A stretch of 64,000 nt of DNA from an uncultured archaeon (GCA_963752955.1 CAVWAD010000002.1:8573-72572); one strand, 5' to 3'. Positions 19,989-29,766 are shown, counted from the stretch's first letter. Program-made: numbers and translations. Notes: generated by a model from the sequence alone, not told the origin.

Positions 19989-20241
19989 AAACCGGTGGCC
20001 AGCAGAGGCGCGGATCCGCGCAGGGTGCAGAGCCGCTCGGCAAACGTGCGGGCGCGGGATAAATAAGCCATTTAAATTAATTGATTCCAATATACATTCG
20101 ACAAACGCTAGTTAGAGTGATCTTCTGGACCCATCTCCTTCGGATAAAAAGGCAGGCGCGTGGCACCTCGACCAGAGAACGGTCCTTTTCCTCCTGCTTG
20201 CCGTAGCGATAATCGGGGTTACGGTCTACTACCGCATCCCG

Positions 20242-22719
20242 ATGCTGCGCTACTTCGGCTTCTACGAGCCGGACGGCTACTACCACTTCTCAGTAGTCAG
20301 GTCCGCTGTCCTGCATGGTTTTACCATACCCCACTACCTCAGCACATCAGGGTGGCCCAGCGACACCCCGGTCTCCGAGCCCTTCGGGCTCTACTGGGTC
20401 ACGCTCGCGCCCTACGCGCTCCTGCAGTTCTTCGGGGTCAGCTACTACATCATCATGCGCCTCGTCCCGGTGCTCTTCGGCATCTTCGACGTCATTGGCG
20501 CATACTTCCTCTCCCGCTACCTCAGCAAGGACAAGCTCTTCGGGCTTCTGGTGATGCTCTTCGTCGCGGTGAACATGGGGAACGCGGCCAGGACCAGCGC
20601 GTTGATCTACAGGGGGGACAGCTTCGTGACGGCGTTCCTGATTGTGACGCTGATTTTCGCGATAGAGATATTCAGGACGGAGGACCGCAGGAGGAAGATC
20701 GCCTTCGCTTTGGCATCCGGGCTATTCCTAGGCCTGTGCAACCTGGTGTGGGACGGCGGTTCCTTCGCTACCGCGATCTACGTCTTCGCGTTCACGCTGA
20801 TGGTCCTGCTGGGCTTCACTTTCGACAGGAAGAAGCTGATAAGCGACAGCAAATACCTGCTCGGCGCCCTATTCGTCTTCTATCTGTTCGCACAGTTGTT
20901 CTTCTATACTGGAAACATAATTGCAGAGCCCACTTTTGCAGGTTCGTACTTCTTCCTTATGTTCGCCGCGATGATCGTAGGGTGGCTGGCCGCCAGCGCT
21001 CTGGTAGGCGAGGGGCCTCTCAAGCTGCCTGAGAGTTACTCCAGGCACATATCGCGCTTCGTTGACACGCCATACAAGCGCTTTGCGATCGCGATTGCCT
21101 TCACGCTCGCGGCGGTCGCGGTGATATACTTCGTGATACCTGGTTTCGTCTATAACATCTTCGTCTCCAACGGATTCGAGACCAACGGCAGCACCTTCTG
21201 GGGCACCGTGCAGGAGCTCCAGCCGCCGACCCCGTCGTTCATCTTCGCGAGCTTCAGCCTGCAGACCTACCTGTCCCCAATGGACCTGCTAGTTCTGGCG
21301 TCCACTTACGCGCCTGCGCTCGTCGATGCCTTCTGGGTGCTGTCTCTACTCGCGTTCCTGCCCTACTTCTTCATGCGCGTCTACGACAGCAGAGGCTTCA
21401 ACTCGGGAAGCGCGCGGTTCGTCTTCGACTTCGACGCTGGGCTCCTGGTGCTGGTGTCGTTCTTCGCGCTTACCGCGTACCTGCAGATGCACGCGATAAG
21501 GTTCAACTCGCTTCTCTCGGTGCCCCTCTCCATCTTCTCGGCGTACACGGTGTACTGGGCGGTGACCTTCTTCAAGAATCATGACGTAAAGGGCGCATTC
21601 GGCGGCGGACTCTTCGGGAACCGCGGGGCCCTTGGAATGGCCGCGATCCTGATCCTGATGGCGTCAGCGTTCGCGGCGGTGGCCCTGTCGTACTCCGTCG
21701 ACATCATGAACCTGCAGCCGTATCTGGCTGGCGTCGCCCTTTACGCGGACGGCGCCCTTTACACGGTCCTGATGGTAACGCTCGTGCTGGCGTACCTCGT
21801 TGCATCCAGACTCGTCAAGGACCGCGGGACTCTTTATTTCTTTTCGATAGTTCTCGTCGCAGCATTCGCCCTCCTGCTCATATACATCGCCTCACAGTAC
21901 ATAGTCGGCCTCTACCCCGCGGACAACATCAACCCGCTCTTCATAAATGCCCTGGCGTGGATGAGGAACAACACGCCCGGCAACAGCGTAGTACTCACCC
22001 TATGGCCCGACGGATCCGTGGTCGAGGGGGTCGCGAACCTAACCAGCGTCACGGACAGCGTCGGCTCGCAGAACGCGAGCAAGGGAGAGCCCTTCGCGGC
22101 GTGGCTCTTCAACTCCAGCCCGGACCCGCAGTTCCTGACGAGCAGTATAAACGGGAAGCCGGACTACCTGGTGGTCAGGTCGACATGGCTGCTCGAAACC
22201 AGCGGCATATACACGGAGTCCAACTTCACCGCGCCGCCCAGCGCGTACGGCTACAACCAGTTCACCGGCCTGGACGAGCGGGTCAACTCCACGGCGCGGG
22301 TGTTCAGGTTCTACACCGGGAACCTCACCGAGGTGACCGAGCTGCAGAAGGCCAACGGCACGCAGAGCGTATCGAGCTACCTCGTGATAAACAACAACAC
22401 AGTCTCTCCGCTGGCGTACGTCTACTTCTACAACGAGAACAACGGCAACTTCTCCATAGTCAAGCAGACGGAGTTCAGCAGGACGAACAACGAGTCGTTC
22501 CTCATAGTCTACTCCAGCGTCCCGAGCCCGAGCATCTACGTGAACATAACCAACGCTTACCTGCTCAGCCCGGGCCTCGCCGCCAGCAACATGGCGAAGT
22601 TCCTATTCCTCTGCGGCCCTAACGCGTGCGCGTGGGACAACGGCCTCGCCAGCCTGCAGACGGTCTACGTCAACCCGGACACGAAGATCTTCAGGATAAT
22701 CTACAACGGGAGCGCGTAG
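20242..22719 (+). CDS. GT-C membrane glycosyltransferase, AglB/STT3-like oligosaccharyltransferase candidate
   Basis: The protein is multi-pass with a first-loop motif FYEPDGYYH. A possible degenerate WWDYG equivalent reads TLWPDGSVVEG. The C-terminal soluble domain is large and rich in N-x-S/T sequons. An in-frame TM helix (WHLDQRTVLFLLLAVAIIGVTVYY, 20161-20232) lies upstream of the first ATG without any ATG/GTG/TTG start. Confidence 0.6.
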   Translation: MLRYFGFYEPDGYYHFSVVRSAVLHGFTIPHYLSTSGWPSDTPVSEPFGLYWVTLAPYALLQFFGVSYYIIMRLVPVLFGIFDVIGAYFLSRYLSKDKLFGLLVMLFVAVNMGNAARTSALIYRGDSFVTAFLIVTLIFAIEIFRTEDRRRKIAFALASGLFLGLCNLVWDGGSFATAIYVFAFTLMVLLGFTFDRKKLISDSKYLLGALFVFYLFAQLFFYTGNIIAEPTFAGSYFFLMFAAMIVGWLAASALVGEGPLKLPESYSRHISRFVDTPYKRFAIAIAFTLAAVAVIYFVIPGFVYNIFVSNGFETNGSTFWGTVQELQPPTPSFIFASFSLQTYLSPMDLLVLASTYAPALVDAFWVLSLLAFLPYFFMRVYDSRGFNSGSARFVFDFDAGLLVLVSFFALTAYLQMHAIRFNSLLSVPLSIFSAYTVYWAVTFFKNHDVKGAFGGGLFGNRGALGMAAILILMASAFAAVALSYSVDIMNLQPYLAGVALYADGALYTVLMVTLVLAYLVASRLVKDRGTLYFFSIVLVAAFALLLIYIASQYIVGLYPADNINPLFINALAWMRNNTPGNSVVLTLWPDGSVVEGVANLTSVTDSVGSQNASKGEPFAAWLFNSSPDPQFLTSSINGKPDYLVVRSTWLLETSGIYTESNFTAPPSAYGYNQFTGLDERVNSTARVFRFYTGNLTEVTELQKANGTQSVSSYLVINNNTVSPLAYVYFYNENNGNFSIVKQTEFSRTNNESFLIVYSSVPSPSIYVNITNAYLLSPGLAASNMAKFLFLCGPNACAWDNGLASLQTVYVNPDTKIFRIIYNGSA

Positions 22720-22797
22720 CGGATCGCTGATCTGCCAGGAACCTCGTCCTTGCCTGGCCACGTTTGCACTACTGGTAAGAACAAAGAAAAAGAAAAA

Positions 22798-23205
22798 TTA
22801 CCTTCTCGGGCCGGACATCATGAACATGCCGGAGCCAAGGTACGCGAGCGCGAAGCCCACTACCGCCCCAGCCATGTACGTCATGTTGCCCCACGTCAGG
22901 GCCACCAGGCTGACGCCCGCCAGCACCGACGCCGTCGTCGCGGCCTTCGCCGTGTACTCCGACGCCATGCCCATGTTGGCAAAGCTCAGGAAGAACAGGG
23001 CCACCGAAGCGATTACCGCCGAGCCCACGAAGAACGGAAGCCATATGCCGCCGTTTGCCGTTCCCCATACCGTCGCCATCGAGGGTATCAGCATCGCGAC
23101 CCCCGCGAAGACCGTCCAGAGAAGGACCAGACTGCCGACGAGCTCCAGGATAAAAGCTCCCCAATTCTGTGTTGGTTTAGCCATCACACCACTGCATAAC
23201 AACAA
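22798..23205 (-). CDS. small multi-pass membrane protein (4 TM)
   Basis: The hydrophobic helices are clear on the minus strand. The overlapping plus-strand ORF 22820..23263 has non-coding-like composition. The likely start is MAKPTQ at 23184. Confidence 0.5.
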   Translation of the reverse strand: MLLCSGVMAKPTQNWGAFILELVGSLVLLWTVFAGVAMLIPSMATVWGTANGGIWLPFFVGSAVIASVALFFLSFANMGMASEYTAKAATTASVLAGVSLVALTWGNMTYMAGAVVGFALAYLGSGMFMMSGPRR

Positions 23206-23362
23206 GAAGATTAAGCTTTTAAATTTATGCGCCGAGCTGGCAAAGGACGAATGGACGGCCTGACGTTTGACGAGAGGTACTTATTTCGAGATCGTACAAC
23301 GGAAAAACCCTAGGTAATGTATATTAAGGGGAAAACGCAAAAAGGGCTATTGGGAGTGACAG

Positions 23363-24088
23363 ATGGCAGAGCTAAGAATCAAACCGCAGCCAAAGTTTGC
23401 GGATCCAAAGCAGTACGAGCTGTTTCAGGAGCGCATGGAGGAGATCAACCTGCAGCGCGACCCTGCGGAGAGCGAGAGGTTCCTGAGGCGCATGGAGGGG
23501 ATCGGGCGGAATCGGGAGTTTCTGAGCGCGGAGCTGTACGCGCAGCTTAGGACCCTGGCCCCCATATTGTGCATTGACGTGTTTCTGGTCCTCACAGGGC
23601 CGGACGGGGAAACGGTGGGCGTGCTCATGGGAAGGCGGGCAGAGGAGGATAAGGCCGCCGAGAATAGAGTGTGGCCCATCGGGGGGCGAGCCTTCTACAG
23701 GGAACGCCCTGAGGACACGCTGGCGTACACCGTCTTCAAGGAAACCGAGCTGCACGTGGAACTGATGGGGGACGGTCCAATAGGAGTGGGCTGGACTAGA
23801 TTCACGGTGGGGGAGAAGGGGAGGGTCACCCTCAACGCGACTTGCCTCGCCAGGGTGGTTGGCGGGGAGCTGAAGCCGTCGGAGTATTTCAGCGAATATG
23901 TATTGGTGGACAGAGAGGCGTTTGAAAACAATCCTAAGACGCATTATCTCTGCGATTACGTTTATGGCCTGCTGAAGGCCAGCGGTGTCCTTACCGGCAA
24001 TACCAATCCCGGGAGCCCCTTTGTGTATTATGACGAGGAGGACGAGGCCACCAGGCGCGAGGCCCTGAGAATAATAGGCAGGTCCTGA
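23363..24088 (+). CDS. NUDIX-like protein with a degenerate box (GDP-sugar hydrolase-like?)
   Basis: WPIGGRAFYRERPEDTLAYTVFKETEL resembles a modified Nudix signature. The gene lies in a glycosylation context. Confidence 0.4.
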   Translation: MAELRIKPQPKFADPKQYELFQERMEEINLQRDPAESERFLRRMEGIGRNREFLSAELYAQLRTLAPILCIDVFLVLTGPDGETVGVLMGRRAEEDKAAENRVWPIGGRAFYRERPEDTLAYTVFKETELHVELMGDGPIGVGWTRFTVGEKGRVTLNATCLARVVGGELKPSEYFSEYVLVDREAFENNPKTHYLCDYVYGLLKASGVLTGNTNPGSPFVYYDEEDEATRREALRIIGRS

Positions 24089-24112
24089 TCCTTGGACTGC
24101 CCCGGCAATGCC

Positions 24113-24745
24113 CTAATACGGACTCTGCAGTCTTCCTGAATCTGCCGGGCGCTTGTATTTCTTGACAAAGTTCATGACCGCGGCGGACGTGTGTTCATCG
24201 TACTTGCTAAGATATGCTTTTAATTTGGGCACGCCCACAGCTTTCAGCAGGCCACCATAGTTCTGCAGCGATAGCCTTACCTTATAATGGAACAGGTCTA
24301 TCAGCGTCTTCTCCGGATCGGAGACGGGAAGCATCAGCTTGCCGCAGCCGAGCATGCCATAGCCGAAGAAGTATCTGAGGGGCACATGGTGCACAAATAC
24401 GGTGTTGTCCCGCTCTCCGAATATCGACACGGTTGAGGCGCGCACGCCTTTTATCGTCATTATCTCGGGCTTGGATCCTTGCGTCCACAGGCCGCGCAGG
24501 GTCAGCGCGGACAGGAGACCATAGTAGAAGGGAGCGTAGGCAAAGCCCGCGACCATGCTGTCTTTCATCACAGTGTAGACGCCCTTCCTTACTGAGTATA
24601 TCCTGTTTCCGCTCTTAAGATAAGAAAGCGTCCTTGCAAGGTCCGTTTTTTCTGCCTTTTTGCGTCCGAAGTACCTCCTGACATCACCATAGGTGAAGAC
24701 GGGGTACTTTGAGAATCGGTCAAGTATATCGTTGTTAAGCGTCAT
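24113..24745 (-). CDS. abiEi: AbiEi-like antitoxin / wHTH transcriptional regulator
   Basis: The N-terminal pattern is FTYGDV..LSYLKSGNRIYSVRKGVYTV. The ORF overlaps the AbiEii ORF by 11 nt. Confidence 0.6.
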   Translation of the reverse strand: MTLNNDILDRFSKYPVFTYGDVRRYFGRKKAEKTDLARTLSYLKSGNRIYSVRKGVYTVMKDSMVAGFAYAPFYYGLLSALTLRGLWTQGSKPEIMTIKGVRASTVSIFGERDNTVFVHHVPLRYFFGYGMLGCGKLMLPVSDPEKTLIDLFHYKVRLSLQNYGGLLKAVGVPKLKAYLSKYDEHTSAAVMNFVKKYKRPADSGRLQSPY

Positions 24746-25412
24746 CCACCCATCCCTTTATCTTTTTCATCATGAAACTGAAGGTCGGCGCGGCGCCGCT
24801 CAGGATCAGGTGGTCGAGGCTGCGCAGGTTCGGAGGGGGATTGCTCTCGACCGCCTTGACGAGGACTCTGAGCCTCCCAACGATCTTTGATTTTCTCGAT
24901 TTTATAATCGTAGTCAGATGGTAGATGTCATACAGGTCCTGCACCTCAGGCTCCCGGAACCGGTTTTTGCCCTGCATCTTGTCCTCGTAAGCGTCTATCT
25001 TTTCTTCCAGAAGCTCCTCGGGCGTAAGGGCCAGCACCACCATCCTGCTGCCGTCCACGTTCACATATTCCGCCGGGACCCCTTCCTTGCGCTTCAGGTT
25101 TATGTCCACCTTCATCTTAGTCGTCGATTCCACCAGGAAGTGCATGACGCCGTTGGCGCCATCGTATCCTTTCTCCTTTATCGCGAAGCCGCGGTCCTTC
25201 AGGAACCCTGCTAACTCTCGGTACTGCGTCCTCTTGTCCTTTGCGGCGTCCAGGTAGAAGTCGATGTCCCTTGAGAACCTGTTTCCAGAGTAGCACCTCC
25301 ATATCGCGGTGCCGCCGTGGAACACGAGTCCCTTGTATCTGCCGTAGAGCATGCTCACCAGGACGTCTTCAAGCCTGGCCTTTTCAAGCTGCTCCTCGTT
25401 CCTGAAGTCCAC
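24735..25412 (-). CDS. abiEii: AbiEii/AbiGii nucleotidyltransferase toxin (DUF1814)
   Basis: The hallmark motif LVFHGGTAIWRCYSGNRFSRDIDFYL is present. Confidence 0.8.
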   Translation of the reverse strand: MDFRNEEQLEKARLEDVLVSMLYGRYKGLVFHGGTAIWRCYSGNRFSRDIDFYLDAAKDKRTQYRELAGFLKDRGFAIKEKGYDGANGVMHFLVESTTKMKVDINLKRKEGVPAEYVNVDGSRMVVLALTPEELLEEKIDAYEDKMQGKNRFREPEVQDLYDIYHLTTIIKSRKSKIVGRLRVLVKAVESNPPPNLRSLDHLILSGAAPTFSFMMKKIKGWVDDA

Positions 25413-25430
25413 GACATCTCCATTTTACAA

Positions 25431-25466
25431 ATGCAGTTTATTACAATTTTATGTAATAATATGCAT
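25431..25466. promoter_or_regulatory. imperfect 36-bp palindrome in the abiE promoter region (candidate operator)
   Basis: ATGCAGTTTATTACAATTTTATGTAATAATATGCAT has 13 of 15 outer positions pairing by hand. It is A/T-rich and lies 19 nt upstream of the abiEii start. Confidence 0.4.
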
Positions 25467-25635
25467 TTCTATAAGTTAGTCTTCCTCTGTAAAGGTTATT
25501 ATGGTTTTGCCTTGAAGGCTGCGATATAAGGAACCCATGGGCCCTCCCACCAGATGGCTTTTCCTTGCCGATGACCTAGTCAGGTATTCTTTTTAAGCTT
25601 GACGAGCGTAGAGATTCCGTAATACCGGAGATCCC

Positions 25636-26778
25636 ATGCGCATCGCATTCGTCTACGACGCCCCGTACCCCTGGCACGTGGGCGGCATCGAGGTGCTGAA
25701 CCACAACGAGGTCAAGGAGCTCGCGAAGCACAACGACGTCCACTTCTTCACGACGAAATGGCCGGGCATGCCCTCCTATGAGTTCACATACAACGGCGCT
25801 AAGTACCACGCGCGCCGCGAGATCAACAGGGACATGCTCTACAGGCACAACAGGCGCTCGATAAGGGAGGCGGTGCTGTTCTCCCTGGGCCTCTTCAGGA
25901 TCTTCCGCTACGACTTCGACGTGGTCGTCGGCAACTACTTCCCGATCCTCCACCTTCCCGTGCTCTGGCTCTACTGCAGAATAAAGGGTGCGAAGCTGGT
26001 CATGGAGGTGGCCGAGGTGTGGGAGAGGAAGTACTGGATAAGCTACCTCGGGCAGCCCTGGGGCGAGCTCGCCAGCCTCTACTCTTCGGTGCTGATACAC
26101 GCCGGCGATGCATACGTGTGCGACTCCAGCGTGACCGCCAGGAAGCTCGCGGCGCGCGGCGTGGAGAGGGGGAAGATGCGCGTCTTCGCGCCCTGCATCG
26201 ACGGCGCGGAGATGGCCTCGATCGCTAGGTCATCCAGGGGAGAGAGGCGCAGGAGGATAATCTTCTCCGGGAGGCTCATAAAGGAGAAGCGGCTCGACAA
26301 GTGGCTGGCCGCGGTCAGGGCGGTGAGCGAGAGGATGCCCGGCGTGGAGGCGGTCATAATAGGCGACGGGCCTGAGCTGGGGCGGATAAGGGGCCTGGTG
26401 CGCGCGATGGGCCTGTCGCGGACGGTCAGGATGATGCCCTTCTACGAGGACAAGGCAGACCTGTACAGGGCGATAAGCGAGTCCTCGCTGCTACTGCACA
26501 TGTCCGAGAGGGAGGGCTTCGGGATAGTCTGCGTGGAGAGCATCTCGCTCGGCACGCCTGTGGTCCTGCCGTCGTACACGCCGATACCCGAGGAGGTGAG
26601 CGGCATGTGCGTCGTGAGGGACGAGAAGGACCTGCCGGACGCGATCATAAGGATCCTCAGGAGCAGGGACAAGTCCTCATTCATACGCAACGGGCGGAAC
26701 ATGGACAAGTTCCTGGTCTCGAAGGTGAACGGCTTCTACGGCGCGCTCTTCAGGAGGATCGGCCTGACGAAGAAATGA
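25636..26778 (+). CDS. glycosyltransferase family 4
   Basis: The N-terminus is MRIAFVYDAPYPWHVGGIE and the C-terminal motif is SEREGFGIVCVESISLGTPVV. Confidence 0.85.
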   Translation: MRIAFVYDAPYPWHVGGIEVLNHNEVKELAKHNDVHFFTTKWPGMPSYEFTYNGAKYHARREINRDMLYRHNRRSIREAVLFSLGLFRIFRYDFDVVVGNYFPILHLPVLWLYCRIKGAKLVMEVAEVWERKYWISYLGQPWGELASLYSSVLIHAGDAYVCDSSVTARKLAARGVERGKMRVFAPCIDGAEMASIARSSRGERRRRIIFSGRLIKEKRLDKWLAAVRAVSERMPGVEAVIIGDGPELGRIRGLVRAMGLSRTVRMMPFYEDKADLYRAISESSLLLHMSEREGFGIVCVESISLGTPVVLPSYTPIPEEVSGMCVVRDEKDLPDAIIRILRSRDKSSFIRNGRNMDKFLVSKVNGFYGALFRRIGLTKK

Positions 26779-26795
26779 GCCGGCCTGGCCAAGGG

Positions 26796-27926
26796 TCAGG
26801 ACCGCTTCGCGACATTCCTGACCCTGTCGTCGAACACCTTGAAGAACCTCTTCCAGGAGTACCTCTCCCTGACGCGCCTCATCCCGCTCCTTCCCATCTT
26901 GGACATGTCGTGCTCCGAGACGTACAGCATCCTCTCGGCCATCTCGGACTCGCTGTTGACGAGGAAGCCGGTCTCCCCGTCGACTACCGTGTCCTTGGGC
27001 CCGCCCTCGTTCACGGCTATCACCGGCTTGCCGCTCGCCATCCCTTCCAGCGGCACCAGGCCGTAGTCCTCGTTCATCGGCGGGTACAGCACGGCCGTCG
27101 CCCTTGAGAGCAGCTCCCTGTACCTCCTGTCGGAGACGCTGCCAAGCACCTCGACGTCGCCGACCTGCCTCGCCAGGGGCGCCACGACATCCGAGTAGTA
27201 CGAGCGGAGCTGCCTGTCCTTCGAGACGGGCCCGGCCAGCACGAGCCTGTACCCCCTCTTCCTCCTCTTGAACGCGCCGAACGCGCGTATCGCGTACTCC
27301 TGCCTCTTGTTCGGGGAGATCCTGGAGGGGTAGAGGAAGTACCTCTCCGCGCCGCGGTTCCCGAAGAGCTCGTAGTCGACGCCGCCGTTCAGCACCTCCG
27401 ACTCCCTCCCGTAGTATTTCGTTATCCTTGACTTCGTGTTGCCGCTGTTAGCGAATATGTACTCGAGCTTCCTAACCGCACCCCTGTCCATCGCCCTGAC
27501 CGCGGACGCGCCAAGCACGTAGACCGGCCTCTGGTAGGGCTTCTTGAGGGAGAGCCTGAACTTGTACAGGTCGTAGACGTCCCTCAGCGGGGTGTGGCAG
27601 TACCACAGCACGCGCTCGTTCCTGTTCCTTATCCAGTGGCTCGGCGCCATGTGAGCGTTTATGACGTCGTAATCGTCCTTCATCCTGAAGTTGTAGAAGG
27701 AGAGGCCGTAGTTCAGCCCCTGCATCACCCTGCCGTAGGGCAGGGCCCCGAGGAACGACTTGGACCCTATCACCTCGACGTCGAGCCCCTTGAACTCCGG
27801 GAAGGTGGTCTTGCTGTTGTACTCGGCGGTGTATATCTTGGCGTCGTAGTGCTGCGCTATCTTCAGCACCACCCTCTCCCCTCCGCCGAACAGCGTCAGG
27901 TTGGACTGCGCTATCGCGAGCTTCAA
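26796..27926 (-). CDS. glycosyltransferase family 4
   Basis: The PPMNEDYGLVPLEGMASGKPVIAVNEGGPKDTV motif is present. Confidence 0.85.
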   Translation of the reverse strand: MKLAIAQSNLTLFGGGERVVLKIAQHYDAKIYTAEYNSKTTFPEFKGLDVEVIGSKSFLGALPYGRVMQGLNYGLSFYNFRMKDDYDVINAHMAPSHWIRNRNERVLWYCHTPLRDVYDLYKFRLSLKKPYQRPVYVLGASAVRAMDRGAVRKLEYIFANSGNTKSRITKYYGRESEVLNGGVDYELFGNRGAERYFLYPSRISPNKRQEYAIRAFGAFKRRKRGYRLVLAGPVSKDRQLRSYYSDVVAPLARQVGDVEVLGSVSDRRYRELLSRATAVLYPPMNEDYGLVPLEGMASGKPVIAVNEGGPKDTVVDGETGFLVNSESEMAERMLYVSEHDMSKMGRSGMRRVRERYSWKRFFKVFDDRVRNVAKRS

Positions 27927-27984
27927 TGAATCACTTTCTCGTTAGGTATCCGATGAAACTTATTTATATGTCTTCGGTGGCTCC

Positions 27985-28203
27985 GTGCCCTGGCGCCTCG
28001 ACCGCCTGCTCGATGTCGTTCATGGTAAGCTCCAGCAGCGCGTCATCCAAGACCCCGAGCGTGGGGGCGCGCTCAGCGAGCTCTCGAGGAACTACGCGGC
28101 GCACGCGAAGAGGAACGCGAGGATAAGCAGGGAGGTGCTCGGGGAGTTCTCCGGGGACAGGGCCGACGAGGTCTACGAAAGGATAATCGGCGGGCTGAAG
28201 TGA
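27985..28203 (+). CDS. hypothetical small protein (72 aa, GTG start)
   Basis: The ORF ends 30 nt before IS copy B. Its composition is acceptable but no family was recognised. Confidence 0.25.
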   Translation: MPWRLDRLLDVVHGKLQQRVIQDPERGGALSELSRNYAAHAKRNARISREVLGEFSGDRADEVYERIIGGLK

Positions 28204-28232
28204 TGGCGCCTGGGGCCGAGGCTTATTATTTA

Positions 28233-29753
28233 CTTGACTTCGCCACTTCTCTCGTAAACTGACGAAAACTATTTTTATGCCAAGGGCAGTATTCTCATTG
28301 ATAAGATGAAGAACACAACTACGCCCTTGGGCGGTATAGCTATCATCGACAAGATAGAAAATGATTTCGGTCTGCTCTCCTCGGTCTTCGGAGGGATCAT
28401 GAGTCCCGCATACGTCGGGCGGTTGAAACTGCTCCTCAACAACCGCCTGACTTTCGCGACGTCGATACACCAGGTAATTCCCACCTCCTCTGAAGACACC
28501 TGTGCGCTTCTCGGCGCAGAGGGCGCCTCGGAGAGGTCGCTGTACAGAACCGTCGAGAAAGTGGGGCTGCTCTCGGCGGCGATAGTAGAAAGGTATCAGA
28601 ACTTCCTCAACACGAGGGATCTCGCAGACAAGGACCAGAACATAGACTGGTCGTCGATATATTTCGAGGGGAATAAGGCCGAGATGGGCGCACTGGGTTA
28701 CTCCAGGGACCACCGCCCCGACAAGAAGCAGGTGACCTTCGGGATAGCGACGGGAATCAATGGAATCCCTACTGCACTGACGATTCAGAAGGGGAACGTC
28801 CTGGACAAGAAGCATTTTGTCGAGACGTACAACGTCGTCAAGAGGATACTGCAGAAGGATTCCCTATTGATATTCGACTGCGGCGCGAACACGAAAGGTA
28901 ACAAGGAGATGATAGTCCATGACAGGTTCAACTACCTGACCCTGAAGCAGAAGAACGTCAAGAACTATAGGAAATATATCGCCATGTTCAAGTCCGCGGA
29001 GAAATCGACGATAAAAATCGGCGACAACACCTACTTTGCGGCAGTGGTGGAAGAGAACGGCGAATTCCAATACATCTACTTCTCGAAGACGCTTCTCGAG
29101 ACGCAGATACGCAACAAGAACAGGAAGTTCGAAAGGCGAAAGAAGATGGGTAACAAACTCGCGAAGAAAGCGGGAAAACACAAGGCGGTGGAGACTTACC
29201 CCTGCGAGAGGGGATGGGTCGAACTCTACCCGGAACTCCAGACCGCACTGGGATGCGTCGAGAACCCCTACATAAACGGGATAGAGGGGTTCTTTATCCT
29301 CGAGAGCACGGTGAAAGCGAGTCCCGATGATATCCTGAGGATATACAAGCAAAGGGATGCCGCGGAGAAACTCGTGCGCAACATGAAGGAAGGGATCGAA
29401 CTGAGGCCTGTCAGGCACTGGACGAAATATGCAATAATCGGCGCAATCCTGATCGCATTCCTCGCGGAATCCCTGATAAGTTTGACACTGCTTTCATGCA
29501 AGAATCCCCTCGTCAAGAACGTAAAGCTCCTCAAAAAATACCTGACGAATTTGACAGCGACCTTCGTTTACCCTCCCGGAAGGTTCAAATTCACGGTAGT
29601 GAGCAACATTTCTCCCCCGATTTCGGAGATTTTCGGCAGTTTCCTGCGCAGATATGGTACGAAAAACCTCAATCTGCGCTGGTAGGAACCGTTTTGGCGA
29701 ATTGAGTTGGAGGCAACTGTCAGACACTTCGCGGCCTATTTGGCGAAGTCAAG
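28233..29753 (+). mobile_element. IS1634-family insertion sequence, copy B
   Basis: It has the same 1521-bp element and inverted repeats as copy A, in inverted orientation. A 7-bp target duplication TTATTTA lies at 28226-28232 and 29754-29760. Confidence 0.9.
28306..29685 (+). CDS. IS1634-family transposase
   Basis: The translation is identical to that of 17208..18587. Confidence 0.85.
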   Translation: MKNTTTPLGGIAIIDKIENDFGLLSSVFGGIMSPAYVGRLKLLLNNRLTFATSIHQVIPTSSEDTCALLGAEGASERSLYRTVEKVGLLSAAIVERYQNFLNTRDLADKDQNIDWSSIYFEGNKAEMGALGYSRDHRPDKKQVTFGIATGINGIPTALTIQKGNVLDKKHFVETYNVVKRILQKDSLLIFDCGANTKGNKEMIVHDRFNYLTLKQKNVKNYRKYIAMFKSAEKSTIKIGDNTYFAAVVEENGEFQYIYFSKTLLETQIRNKNRKFERRKKMGNKLAKKAGKHKAVETYPCERGWVELYPELQTALGCVENPYINGIEGFFILESTVKASPDDILRIYKQRDAAEKLVRNMKEGIELRPVRHWTKYAIIGAILIAFLAESLISLTLLSCKNPLVKNVKLLKKYLTNLTATFVYPPGRFKFTVVSNISPPISEIFGSFLRRYGTKNLNLRW

Positions 29754-29766
29754 TTATTTATATATC
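29754..29766 (+). promoter_or_regulatory. TATA-like box of the giant surface-protein gene
   Basis: TTATTTATATATC lies about 30 nt upstream of the ATG at 29792. Its first 7 nt are the IS target duplication. Confidence 0.45.

Noticed and set aside
17140-29753. True composite transposon formed by the two IS1634 copies
   Set aside because: Copy B has its own 7-bp target duplication and copy A has none. There is no duplication shared by the outer ends, so the pair did not insert as one unit. Only an inversion or recombination substrate is claimed.
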